A stretch of DNA of 63,978 bases, filler included, from Conidiobolus incongruus B7586 (taxonomy: Eukaryota): NCBI GenBank assembly GCA_000697335.1. It is 14 parts of 14 records of this genome, joined end to end, with 100 filler letters (N's around TTAATTAATTAA, not from the genome) between each part and the next. Parts side by side here need not be neighbours in the genome. Positions count along the whole stretch, not along the records: positions 1 to 3,514 come from JNEM01006724.1; positions 3,615 to 10,109 come from JNEM01006725.1; positions 10,210 to 14,885 come from JNEM01006727.1; 11 more parts are not named here. One strand, 5' to 3'. The notes under the pieces are model-generated. The model worked only from the letters and a program-made list of their open reading frames with translations. It did no database searches and was not told the DNA's origin. Position numbers and translations under genes: made by a program. Shown here one piece after another: positions 1 through 13,374 of this stretch (its first letter is position 1; every line of letters begins with the position of its first letter).

Positions 1-370
1 TATAATATTAAAGAATATATAAAAAAATGGTTATAATAAATAATATATATAAAACCTAAAAATATTATATTATCTTTAAAAAATTTATATTATTATTATT
101 ATATATTATAATATTTTAAATAATTACTGAATATCTATATATAATAATATTTTTGATTGGAATTAATAAATAATATGTTTTTAACTTAATATTCAGATTT
201 ATTATTTATTAATCATAATAATTCAATTTTAAAAACTTAGTTTTTAATTATATCTTAGGAGATTTGATATAATTATAGCAATTTTCATCTTATAAATATC
301 AGATAGCTTTTAAAATATTTATATACTTTTTTAATAAATAAATTTAAGTTTTAAATTTAATATATATATA

Positions 371-1957
371 TACTAACCTGCAAAAATGAGTTATAAAATA
401 AAAATCACTTGTATATTTACTTGTAACTTAAATAATTCTTAATTAAATTAATTTAAATTAAAATATATAGTTTAAGTATATTACCTGATTATAATAGGTT
501 ATATTTAATTATTTTTAATATATTATTGGTTAATATATTAAATTTTAAATTTTCAATAGGATAAGCTATAAATTTATAAGTTTCTAAGTTAAAGAGGTAT
601 ATAAAACAAAAATTACTTAAATCTTTTCTTTATTTATTAAATTATATATATATATATATATACTCATAATATTATTGTAAATTATTTTTTTAAATAATAT
701 TAGTATTAAAATACCTAAATCCCTCTTTAAAAAAATTTACCTATATATTAATAAACTTTATAGTGAAAGTAAATCAACATGTGAGATTATTAGAATTACT
801 AGTGCTAACTAGTTTATTATAGTTAAAGCTATTAAAAATTATGGTAAAGATATATTTAAACCTAAACTTAAACATGTTAAGATTAAAGATAAATATGATA
901 AAAAGTATATTTATAGGTTAGTTAATATAAATAAATATAATACTATTGTAAAAGTACAAAAAGAATTATAAGATTATATAAGAATATTAGTTAATATTAA
1001 TATTATTATATATATTTTACACTATAATAGATATTACTTATATCTTAAGAAAAAACACCCCTAACTAAAGAAGTTTTATTATAAAACTAAGTAGGAGTTT
1101 AAATGTTACTATTAAAGTTAAATAAAAATTAATTAAAGTAAGGTTATTTAGTTTAATAAAACAAAAATATATTTTAGTAAATTTAATAAAAAAGCTAGAT
1201 GTTTTAAAAAAGACAAAGAATTACTTTTTAACCATTATGTTATTTTAACCCAAAAATATAATTATAAGTTAATTATAATTTAAGGATATATATTATCTTT
1301 TGGTGTAAAGTATCTTTATAAAGTTGATAAGGGAATTAATACTAAGATATACTAAAATATTTTAAACAATGAATTAAAAAAAACTATTAAATAATATAAG
1401 TTAAATAAATCAGATGTTATTTTCTAATAAGATAATACCCTTTGTTATATTATTATTTTTATTACCAAATGGTTTAAAAATAATAAAATAATAGTTATAA
1501 AGTAGCTTCTTTAATCTTTTAACTTTAATTTAATTAAATATCTTTAGGATTAGTTAAAAAAAGTAGTTAAAGCTTTCCCACTAATAAAAAATTTAAATGA
1601 GTTTTAGGAATATATTTAAGAAACTTAGAACAAAATTAATCCTTCTTAATATAAAAAGTTAATTGACTTTATACCCTATAAACTTAAAAAAGTTAAAAAA
1701 GCAAAAAATAAATATACTAAGTTTTAATTTTTTTTCTATAACTAAAACACACAAATTTATAACTCATGTTAGGTAAAATTTAAACTTTAATATATCAACT
1801 CAAAGTTAATATAATTAGATCAAATATACTTAATTATAAATAAATAATATAAGTTTATTATGTATTTTAATTCAAATTAATTTAATTAAGAATTAACAGA
1901 GTTATTAATAATAATATATATAATTATAATTTTATAACTTATTTTTACAAGCTAGTG
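371..1957 (+). mobile_element. Full-length degenerate Tc1-family (DD34E) DNA transposon, copy 1 (diverged subfamily)
   Basis: Left end TA|TACTAACCTGCAAAAATGAG, right end TTTTTACAAGCTAGTG|TA. ~210 bp imperfect terminal inverted repeats. Stop-riddled transposase at ~711-1727, colinear with the copy at 40277-41857. Confidence 0.88.
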
Positions 1958-2051
1958 TATTATCCTTATAAAGCTATTATAGAAATATTATGATTATTTT
2001 ATATTTAAAATAAAAAAGTTTAATTAAATATATTTTGTATTTTTATTAATA

Positions 2052-3514
2052 TATTAACCTACAAAAGTAAGCTTTAAAATCAAAAACATTTATATTTTGA
2101 TGAAAAATTTAATTAATATTTAATAAAATAAACTTAAATTAAATAATTAGAATTTATTATATTTATTAATAATATTTAACATTAAATAATGATATTTAGC
2201 TATTAATTAGTTAAAATATAAACTTTTAAATTTAATTTAAAATGAGTTATAAATTTATAGGTTTTTAATGATAAAAAAATTTAAACCTAATATATCTACC
2301 TTTAACTTTTCTAATTTCCTTAAGTTTATAGGGTATAGAATCAATTAACTTTTTATATTAAGAAAGGTTAATTTTAATTTATTCTTCTTAAATATATTCT
2401 TAAAGCTGATTTAAATTTTTTGTTAGGGGAAAGCTTTAATAGCTTTTTTTAACTAATCCTAAAGGTATTTAATTAAGTTAAAGTTAAAAAATTAAAGAAG
2501 CTATTTTATAACTATTATTTTATTATTTTTAAGCTATATAATAATAAAAGTTATAATATAGTAAAAGGTATTATCTTATTAGAAAATAATATTAGATTTA
2601 TTTAACTTATATTATTTAATGGTTTTTTTTAATTTATTATTTAAAATACTTTAATATATTTTATTATTAATTCCTTTATTAACTTTATAAAGATACTTTA
2701 CACTTAAAGATAATATATATCTTTAAATAATAATTAACTTATTAATATATTTTTGGGTATAATCAATATAATAGTTATAAAGTAATTTTATATCTTTTCT
2801 AGAATATTTAGCTTTTTTATTAAATTTACTAAAATATATTTTTGTTTTATTTAACTAAATAACTTTATTTTAATTAGTTTTAGTTTAATATTAGTGGTAA
2901 TATTTAAACTCCCACTTAACTTTATAATAAGATTTTTTTAGTTATAAGTCTTTTTTTTAAAGTATAAGTAGTATCTATGTTAATATAAAATACATATAAT
3001 AGTATTAATAGTAACTAATATTCTTATATAATTTTATAATTCTTATTATATTTTTATAATAATATTATATTTACTTATATTCATTAACCTATAAATATAC
3101 TTGTTATTATATTTATCTATAATTTTAACATATTAAAGTTTAAGTTTAAATATGTTTTTATTATTATTTTTAACAATTTTAACTATAGTAAACTAGTTAA
3201 CATTAGTAATTCTAATAATATTATAAGTTGATTTATCTTTTTTATAAAGTTGATTAATAAATAAATAGATTTTTTTAGAGAGGGATTTAGGTATAATAAT
3301 ACTAATAAAAAAAATTTAATATATCTATAAAATATTATATAAAATAATAACAAGGAAAGAAAAAAAAATATGGTTATATATTATTAAATATATCCCCTTA
3401 TCTCAAAAACCTATAAATTTATAACTTAGTTAAATTTTAAAGATGAATATTTTTGCTAATAGTTTACTAAATATATCTAAATATATTTATTTATTATCAA
3501 ATAATATATCTTAA
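2052..3514 (-). mobile_element. Degenerate Tc1 copy 2, truncated by the gap
   Basis: Starts TATTAACCTACAAAAGTAAG (mutated TIR). Colinear with the minus-strand copies at 4141 and 43239 through the transposase and into the other inverted repeat. Confidence 0.88.
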
Positions 3515-3614
3515 NNNNNNNNNNNNNNNNNNNNNNNNNNNNNNNNNNNNNNNNNNNNTTAATTAATTAANNNNNNNNNNNNNNNNNNNNNNNNNNNNNN
3601 NNNNNNNNNNNNNN
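3515..3614. other. Artificial contig linker N44-TTAATTAATTAA-N44 (also starting at 10110, 14886, 20147, 30544, 33229, 35055, 39920, 42801, 44975, 51978, 57466 and 62863)
   Basis: Identical 100-bp structure 13 times. The core carries stop codons in all six frames. Confidence 0.98.
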
Positions 3615-5880
3615 AGGTTAATTATAATTTAAAGTTATATATTATGTCTATATATAAAATATCTTTATAAAATTAATATAAGAATTAATACTAAGATTTA
3701 TTAAAATATTTTAAATAATAAATTAAATAAACTATTAAATAATATAAGTTAAATAAATTAAATATTATTTTTTACTAAGATAATAATTTTTATTATATTA
3801 TAAATTTTATTATTAAATAGCTTAAAAATTACAAAATAATTATTATAAAATAATCTCTTTAATCTGTTAATTTTAACTTAATTAAATATTTTTAAAATTA
3901 ATTAAAAAAATTCATTAAAGCTTTCCCTATAACAATAAATTTAAATTAACTTTAAAAGTGTATTTAGGAAACTTAAAATAATATTAGTTTCACTTAATAT
4001 AAGAAGTTAATTAACTTTATATCTTATAAACTTAAAAAGGTTAAAAAAACAAAAGATAGAAATATTAAATATTAATTTTTCTATCAATACTAAAACTTAT
4101 AAATTTATAACTTATTTTAAATATATTTTTAATTTTAATATACTAACCCACAAAAGTAAGTCATAAAATCAAAAACACCTATATTTTTACTAATAACTTG
4201 ATTAATATTTAATGAAATAAACTTGAATTAAATAATTAAAATCTATTATATTTATTAGTTATATATATCATTAAATAATGATATTTAGTTATTAATTGGC
4301 TAAAATATAAACCTTTAAATTTTACCTAAGGTGATTTATAAATTTGTGGGTTTTTGGTGATAAAAAAAAATTAAAACCTAGTATATCTACCTTTAGCTTT
4401 TCTAACTTCTTTAAGTTTGTAGGGTATAGAATCAATTAACTTCTTATATTAAAAAGGGTTAATCTTGTTCTATACTTCTTAAATATATTTTTAAAGTTGA
4501 TCTAAATTTTTTACTTGGGGGAAAACTTTAATAACTTTTTTTAACTAATCCTAAAGATGTTTAATTAGATTAAAGTTAAAAGATTAAAGAAGCTACTTTA
4601 TAACTGTTATTTTATTATTTTTAAGTTATTTGGTAGTAGAAGCTATAGTATAGCAAGAAATATTATCTTACTAGAAAATAACATCAGATTTGTTTAACCT
4701 ATATTATTCAATAGTTTTTTTTAATTCATTGTTTAGAATACTTTAATACATTTTAGTATTAATTCCCCTATTAACTTTATAAAGATACCCTACACCTAAA
4801 GACAATATACATCCCCAAATAATAATTGACCCACTATTATACTTTTAGGTAAAATTAACATAATGGTTATAAAATAGTTCTGCATCTTTTCTAAAGTATC
4901 TAGTTTTTCTATCAAATCCACTAAAGTATATTTTTGTTTTATTAAACTAAATAACCTTACTCTAATTAGTTTTAATTTAATATTAGTAGCAACATTTAAA
5001 CTCTTGCCTAGCTTTACAATAAGATTTTTTTAGTTGGGGGCATTTTTTCTTAAGGTGTAAGTAGTATCTATGCTAATATAAAACACATATAATAGTATTA
5101 GTGTTAACTAATATTCTTATATAGTCTTATAGTTCCTGCTATATTTCTACAGTAATACTATACTTACTTATATTAACTAACCTACAGATATACTTCTTAT
5201 TATATTCATCTAAAATCCTAACACACTTGAGTTTAGGTTTAAATGTTTCTTTATTGTTATTCTTAACAGCTTTAACTATAGTAAATTAGCTAACACTAGT
5301 AATTCTAGCAATATCACAAGTTAATTTACCTTCTTTATAAAGTTAATTGATGTACAAGTAGATTTTTTTAGAGAGGGATTTAAATATAATGATACTAATA
5401 AAAAAAATTTAGTATATCTATAAAATATTATATAAAATAATAGCAAAAAGAGAAAAGAAATATGGTTATATATTGTTAAATATATCCTTTTAACTTAAAA
5501 ACCCACAAATTTATAACTTACCTTGGTTAAATATTAAGGGTTAATATTTTTGCTAATAATTTACTAAATATATCTAAATATATTTATTTATTATTAAATA
5601 ATATACTTTAATTATATATTATAGTTTTAAGTAATCTAATATATACAATTATTTTAGTTATTAATTAAAATATATATATTTTTGATTTTATGACTCACTT
5701 TTACAAGTTAGTGTATATCAATTAATAATTAATTAAATTTAACTTTATTTATTATATTATAAATAGAAAATATATATTAATTATATAGTTTAATATAAAT
5801 TAATTTAAATTAGAATTAATTAAGATATTAATAGAAATATTTATATTTTTATTTTTATGACTCATTTTTATAAGTTAGCA
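3615..5880 (+). mobile_element. Older, heavily mutated Tc1 3' fragment (3615-4140 and 5716-5880) interrupted by a nested Tc1
   Basis: 3615-4140 matches the transposase 3' half. 5716-5880 continues the right inverted repeat and ends TTTTATGACTCATTTTTATAAGTTAGCA. The uninterrupted site TTTTAA-TA-TATCAATTAATAATT is present in the copy at ~63925-63947. Confidence 0.8.
4141..5713 (-). mobile_element. Full-length degenerate Tc1 copy 3, nested, TA target-site duplication
   Basis: TA|TACTAACCCACAAAAGTAAGTCATAAAATC ... GATTTTATGACTCACTTTTACAAGTTAGTG|TA, 1573 bp. Confidence 0.92.
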
Positions 5881-6419
5881 TATATGATTTTAGTTTTGTA
5901 ATGTGTTTTTATAATTTAATAAATATATATATAATAAAATTTAACTAAAGTTTTTAAAAATTCCAAAAAAATCTTGAATTTTTTAAAAAAATTATTTGGA
6001 AAAATTTAATATTAAGTTTTCAATTTAATACATTTAATTTAATAATATAAAATACATATATTATCTATTGATCTTTATTCTTAAGATATTATTTTAATTC
6101 CTAATTATATATATTGATTCAAAGCAGTTTTTATGAAATTAAATAAAATATATTATTGACAATTAGAAAGGTTTAATATTAATATATAAATTGGTATTTT
6201 TGGAATGATATTATATTATATTCAAGATTATATAAAATATGGAGTTTCTTATAGGATAATGAAATATAAAAGATATCAAAACAAAATTCATTTTGATGGA
6301 TTAATAAATTGATTATAATTAATATATGATTATTTTAAAATTATATATAGTTACTTGGAAAAAATGTATTATTAGTATAACTTAGTTATATAAATAATAA
6401 ATCATAATTGCCCAAACTT

Positions 6420-7551
6420 TCAAAGAGTTATTTAATTTTTTTAACATAAAGTAATAACTTATTAGGGTGAATAAATCCTACAAAACATCTTTAAGTCTTG
6501 GTAAGCTTGAACTTATTGAAAATTATAAGAAGCATTCATATGAATTTGGGAGTAATAATCAATTGTGAAAATATGCTTTTGCTTGAACTAGATTAGGAAT
6601 ATTATAAAATTCTTAAATAGGCTTCATACTTTCCAGAGTGTTGGCTTTTAATTGATGGAACAATTTTACGAGATTTAGAGCAGGAATAGGATTTGGAGAC
6701 TTTGGTACCAAAAGACACTGTATTTCAGTGTTAGTCGTTCGTTGACTTGGTTCAAGTGAATGAAGCTTCAATAAAGGAATATATGATAATGGAAGGAATT
6801 CAATACATCAAATATATTCATGTACTTCTAATTAGAGCTTTATTAAGTTTCCTTTGAAGGTTAATTTTATATTTCAATAAAATAGTTTATCATTATTATA
6901 CAGTACAATAACCAATAATTACTCAGGGTTTTTATGAAATTTACTTTCATCGTAAATCTATAAATTTTTCAATTCTATCCAATATAAGTGGTAATAATAG
7001 TATACTTAATAAATATCAATTTTGATAATATATTAATTGTTATGAAAAATCTAAAATTTTAGATTATATTATATAATGCTATAATAATCAAGTTTTTTAA
7101 ACTGCCCAGTATAGAGTATTGGTACACAATATTTAATATATAATTTATTCGAACAAGTGTATCGATTAATAAACTTTAAAAGCACTTAATAATACTAGTG
7201 ATAATGAATAAATTTATCAGGGTTTAAAAGCTCATGTTGAAAGCAACTATCTCCTGAAGAAGCTGAATTCGATTTGTATCTGAGCTTTGGAGTAGTAGCG
7301 AAAGGATTTGAATTCACCTTTTTTTTCAAGACTTCGTCTATGTCTAAAGGTATCTCTTCTGTATTAGGACTAGAGTCAGAATCGGTCATTTCCTTACTAA
7401 ACAGCTTTGGATTGGGATATCCACAACCAAATGATTTTTTGGTTTGCCTAGTTCTCATTATATAAATTACACAATTGGATAAACTCCAAGCATAATAACG
7501 TCTTAAATAGTCTCTTAAAGTCATTTCAAAATCATTTTCGTCACCATTATT
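6420..7551 (-). pseudogene. Possible decayed coding sequence of unknown family
   Basis: Locally higher GC. Open stretches at 7195-7551 and ~6614-6804 on the minus strand (IEFLPLSYIPLLKLHSLEP...). No recognisable motif and no clean gene model. Confidence 0.25.
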
Positions 7552-10209
7552 TCATCTCATAATATGCTATAAATTTCTAAATCATTCTAAAGTTGATGTA
7601 AATTTAATTTGGAATTTACTTCTATATAGTAATAAAAATTATAATAACATCATGAAATTATTTTTGATCAACAATCTTACAAATTTTTAAAAAGATATAT
7701 ATAGTATTAAGATATAGTTAAAAATTTGTGAAATCATTTATATATCATTAAATATATATATAATATATATGAAAATATATAAGTTTTTAATGAAAATAGG
7801 AAATTATATCATAATAAGCATTAAAAATTTGATTTGGAAAAATTACTTTTATTACCCTATATTGATTGAAAAACTTAAATATTCATAATATAAATTGGAG
7901 CCTTGTAATTATAATGCTGTGCTTATTATTGGTAAAAAAAGCTTATATATAATTATTTATCTTAAAGTTAAAGCATAGATTCCAGTAGATTACATGAATG
8001 ATTCAATTTTGTATTTTCCAAATTATTTTATAAAATATCAATAATTATAATATATATTTAGAAATTTGTCAAATTTGAAATTAAAACTGAGAAATTGACC
8101 ATATTTAATATCTATGAACCTTTTGTTTTAAATCTTTATATTGTTGAATAATATAGAATAAATGTATAAATTGAATGTTTATAATAATGAATTTCTAACA
8201 AGTTAAGATTTGCTAATATTATAATGTTTGAAATTCAATATGGTTGTAAATTTTTCAATTTTTTCACAAGAATATATTTAATTTATTTGAGTTGTGTAAA
8301 GTTAAGAAAACACTACAATAACCTTAATAAAATTTTTATTTATTCAAATATTTATGCTAATATATTAGGAATCTGTTTTTATGGATTAGTGGTAATTGCT
8401 ATATTTCAAAATTATCTTTTTTTACACTTTGAATTAATATTTATTGTCATGATTGGCTTAATTATATAATGATGAGTTTTGAAAGCTACTTGGGCAGGCA
8501 TTTTAAGCTCGTATTTTTCCAAATTTACCACCTCTACCTCAAGAAACTATATCAACAGATTCATTGTAATAAGGCGACTTAGATACTTTGTTGGAACGAG
8601 GGATTGGATTTGCTCGTAAATGGCAAGTAGAATTTTTTCAAATTTCGAATCCTTAAATTATAATATCTGGCTATAAGAAGAATTCAAAAAAGTATTAAAT
8701 ACATAGTTAGGGCAAATTTACATATACTTAGGTAATTATTATTTCATTCACTATATAGTATGAGTCATAAATTTTGTATCTTATGATCTAAATTTTATTC
8801 AAGCTTAGCTTTCATTGACACTAAAATCTTTTCACTCCGATATAAGTCTGAATATATTTATAATCATTTTAACAATTTTCCTTAAAAATAAATCCAATAT
8901 TCAATATTAATAATATTAAATTTTTGATTTGTAATTTTATCAATAATAATTACCCATTAATATTTATATTTTCAAAATTAAAAATGTTATTTGATTTGCT
9001 CAGTATCGTATATTATTAGTTATTTTATTTACTTTGGTTTCTATATTATATTAACTGTTGAAAATAAAAGAAACGGTAAATGAATTATGAAGATTAATAT
9101 AATTTTCTATATTATTAGATAATATTTGGGGGAAATATTTTATTTACAAATTATTGTGACAAAATCAAAAAACCGTTAGTTAGATTAATACAATATAACT
9201 ATTTGTCCAAATTCAAAACTTTAATATTTTGAAAAATTTATATATCTGTTTTTTTTGAAATATTTTAATTTTCCATATTTTGTTAAAGAATTAAATGTGA
9301 TTCATTAATATCAAATAAAACTATGTCAAGTTTGGCTTTTTTTTTCACTTATTCATGGTTATTTAAATATTAATATTCTTTATTGCTATGATCATAAGCT
9401 GCAATAAAGTTGATATTAACATAATGAAAAACCTCATATAGTGAAAACTAATATTTAGACAAATTTATAATATTAGTAAAGGCCTATATTCTGAACAATC
9501 CATTAATATTAGGATATTACGTTAATATAAATTTATAAAGTAATTATAGGTATTTTTGGATTATATTATTTAATCCAAAATCATTTTAATTCTTTTGTAA
9601 TCAATTTAATATATAGATGTGTTATTAAAAATTAGATATAACTTAGGTTATTATTTTCAAAAAATTAATGGATTTTAATTAAAATATTTTATTAATTTGA
9701 ATATTAATTCAAGGTTATCCTAGATATAAAAATAACAATAAAATATAATATTTTTTGCAAAGTTATAATATTATATATAAAAATCATTTTTTAACAAATA
9801 TATATAAAACCAAAATTAATTATAAAAATTATTAATTTTTAATATATATTCAATAATTTAATATTAATAATAATTCAATATTTATTAATTATTTGAAATA
9901 ATGAATAAAATCTAAGTTATATATTAATTATTACTTATAGAAATTTCTAATTATGTTAAAATTAGTTTATCATAAGCCCATTTTGTATTTAATAATTTTA
10001 AATAATACTACTCTTAAAATCAATTGGATTTTAAAAAGGTGACAAATTAAATTAATATTAAAAAACTTATTAAAATATAAAAATTATAATAATATTTTAT
10101 TTTTTGAACNNNNNNNNNNNNNNNNNNNNNNNNNNNNNNNNNNNNNNNNNNNNTTAATTAATTAANNNNNNNNNNNNNNNNNNNNNNNNNNNNNNNNNNN
10201 NNNNNNNNN

Positions 10210-10530
10210 CATCCCCCTGAACTCCAGAATGTTTATGTGCACAATCTACCAAATACACCGAGCCTATATCCATACAATCAAAGCTAAAACTCCAAAACCC
10301 CCCAGATCCTTCCATCATAGTGAATGGGAGATGATCCTCACCTCAACTCTATCTGATCAAATACCACCATAAAGTAACCCCCTACAACACCTAACAACCA
10401 CCTCATTACATCCCCCTCACATATAACATATAACATATAACATACCTATAACATACTACCCCCGTAAAACACTACAAATACAAACTTAACTCTATGGAAC
10501 CGTATGCTTTGGGTTGATCCCACAAGTTAC
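10210..10530 (+). mobile_element. Possible 3' end of a non-LTR retrotransposon or other young repeat at a contig edge
   Basis: C/A-rich, GC-elevated segment. A frame is open from the gap to TGA at ~10333 (IPLNSRMFMCTIYQIHRAY...), followed by short (CATATAA)n repeats at ~10419-10453. No diagnostic domain is visible. Confidence 0.25.
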
Positions 10531-10764
10531 GGATCAATATATTCTGCAAAATATCGCTTTTATTCGTCCTTAGGTCTAATAAAATTTTCTTCATTGACAA
10601 AAAAAATTAAAAAAAAATTTAATTTTAAAAGTAAGTTTATAAACAAAAATATATTTATATATATAATTCAATAATAATATAATTTAAAAATATTTATTTA
10701 ATATTGACTTATTTTGTTAATTTAGAATTTTTTTTATTTTAAATATTTTATTAATTAAAACAAA

Positions 10765-10972
10765 ATGTTTTCCTTTCAACCTCAAGTCCCTCAATTAACA
10801 GAAGAAGAAAGACGTATCCTCAGACAGAAGACCATTTCTACTGCTCAAAGTTTTACTTTAATTGCTATTGGTCTTAACTTAGGTATATACTAAATCAAAT
10901 TTAACTGTGAATTTTATATTGATTAGAAATTTAGCTCCTATCGCTTTAGACTACATCCAAAGTTTATTATAA
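10765..10972 (+). CDS. TOM5: Mitochondrial import receptor subunit Tom5 (51 aa; exons 10765-10882 and 10935-10972)
   Basis: Splicing a 52-nt GT..AG intron gives MFSFQPQVPQLTEEERRILRQKTISTAQSFTLIAIGLNLAPIALDYIQSLL*. Length, MF start, acidic EEE patch and Pro-containing C-terminal anchor match fungal Tom5. Confidence 0.85.
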
Positions 10973-12127
10973 ATTATTTTTTAGTAATAAATTTATAATT
11001 GTTTAGATAGTAAAAAAATTTTTTTATTATAATTGAAAATAGATTAATTTGGTTAATAATTTATATCTTGGGATCTTTAACTTAGGTTCAATTATTGAAA
11101 TATTTCTCTAAAACCAGAAATTTTTCTATCTAACCTGCTTACAAATTATACAATCCCTAAATAACAAATTGTCAGTGAATATTATAGACCAACAAAATGC
11201 TTATTAATACTTTTCATAATAATCTCCAATCTGATAGCTATATTTTGGCTCAATATTGGCTAACTAATTTATCTCTAAATAAATATCGAGAACTGACTTT
11301 GCCATAATCGCAACTTATAACAATATGATCAAAGTATTATATTAGGTTGAATCCTTTTAATGAATCATCTATTCCAGTAATTAGGAATAGATTAAATGAT
11401 GTTAAAAGTATAAAAATTAGGTATTTTTTGTTCTGTATTGCTAACAATACTCAATTTTAAATTCACTTTAAATCATGGTTGGGTTAGCATGTGTAATATG
11501 TCGTCATATATGTAATATTTTACATTTTTGGAGAACTTTGTAAAAAGAATATGGCACATTGAATCGAAATGGAATTCCATTACTGTATTAAAAGATTAAA
11601 AGATTAATTTTTATATACATTTAGGATCAGCTTGATAGTTTTGAAAAGTATCTCTAACCACTTAATTAATCTATTAATATTATTCAATTTACAACCATCT
11701 AAAAAATCACTAAATTCTACTACTGAAATTATCTAAATAACTCATGTTTTTATACTTTTTAGTTAAATGCTTGTAACTCTTTAAAATCCAAAGTTAATGT
11801 GGTAGAGACCTAGTTGAAAATCATAGTTTTTGAATATTAATGATTGTGGAATTGTTAGTATGATGAAATACTGTGAAAATTAAGAATTATATACGTAGTG
11901 CTGACCGATACTGTACCTGGGTTGAACTAAAGTGAAGATGAAGTCAATTATGATTAATTTTTTGGCATACTTATTTTATTATTGAATTGAATTTGTAATC
12001 AGTCACAAAAGTTTGTGTTTTAATTCATTCATTGAAAATGAGTTCTTATTATGGGATGACTATAGTAATAAGGTTAACATAAAAAATATTAATTGTCTAT
12101 TTAATATATAAATTAAATGAAGTAAAA

Positions 12128-13374
12128 TTAGTCGGTGTATTTGTCCCATTGAGCGATTCTAGTATCGATCCAATCGTCAATTTTCACACTCTCATTCTGA
12201 GTGGTTTGTGTTTGGGCCAATTGCAATACTTTCGTGCAGTTGACGAGTTGAGAGTAGTTCAATTTAGTCACGCGCTTGGGATATTGCACGGTTTGGTACC
12301 ATGCACGAATGTCTTCAGGGTTGTAGCCGAGGCATTGCTGAATGAAATCGACGCAGTAGTCAAAGTTGGCATTAAATTGGTCGATGCTAGATTGAATGCC
12401 TTCCATCATAGATTGCAGAGACTCAACTGGGGTTTGTGAGAGGTAGGATTTGGTGGTGACAATGGTGAAGGATGACCAAGGGGGGACAACTTCGCCAATC
12501 TTTTTGAGGGTTCCGTCGTCATAGTGGGGCTATTTGAAGTGAAATGTCAGCTAAATGAAAGCATTAAAATAAAATATATAATTACTTTAGTAGTGAAATG
12601 GTCCCACAAGAACAAATCTGAATCTTCAGAAATGACACCATCAGCTAATCCCTTCAAATTTTGGTGCACTTTAAATTGGATTTCTTTAGGGTTCCAACCT
12701 CTCAAATGAGCCAAATACAAGGCCATAATGTGACTGCCGCTAGCAAAGCGGCTGATACCGAAGGTAGGATTGCTAAGGTTATCAAAATTTCTAATATTGC
12801 GATTGTTGCCAGTAGATGCAGCCCAACATAATGGGGATGCTACATAGGTACCAATGGCTACTAAATCTTCATTGTTATTTAATTTAGCTACATTTGAAAT
12901 TATTAGAAATATATAAATATATATATATATATTATTCATTAGTCATATTAATGTAATTACATGCGATAAATCCTTCAGTCACCAAAATAGCACAATCTAG
13001 ATCCTTAGATTTCAACTTATTCAACATCTAAATAATGAATTGTTATAATAATATTATATTGATCAAATAAATATCATTTACATCGCCAGTACCACCTAAA
13101 TTATCGATTAATACCAAAAAATTACAAAATGAAAATAATAGTACTTACTAGGACAGTCTACAATTTTCAAATCGATACCATTATTTAAAAAGAGCTGGTT
13201 ATTCAACTTGCTATCATAATTAAAATTGGGTAATCTATTGGTTGCAATATACAATGGGGTGAAGAATTGTTCTCTAACTTTTAAAATATTATTATTATTA
13301 TTACAAAAATATTTTAAAATAACTATTATAAATAATAAATTACCACATCCCAATCTAATATTAATAGGAGACAT
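12128..13374 (-). CDS. Ca3427-like type II periplasmic-binding-protein-fold protein (SsuA/THI5-like), 314 aa, 6 exons: 13374-13344, 13277-13149, 13095-13082, 13027-12961, 12887-12586, 12529-12128
   Basis: Five GT..AG introns join the ORF-track fragments in frame (945 nt). Family motifs: CPSGTGDM, DCAILVTEG, GTYVASPLCWA, GISRFASGSHIM, DLFLWDHFTTKPHYDDG, IGEVVPPWSSF. Confidence 0.85.

Noticed and set aside
1..368. Possible ancient minus-strand Tc1 relic hosting copy 1
   Set aside because: Similarity is too weak to verify by eye.
3559..3570. Recurrent TTAATTAATTAA palindrome between N runs
   Set aside because: Artificial six-frame-stop linker. Adjacency and distance across these gaps are also uncertain.
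11030..11970. Possible minus-strand spliced gene between TOM5 and the Ca3427-like gene
   Set aside because: One intron-like segment, but the frames I tried contain stops and no family motif is visible.
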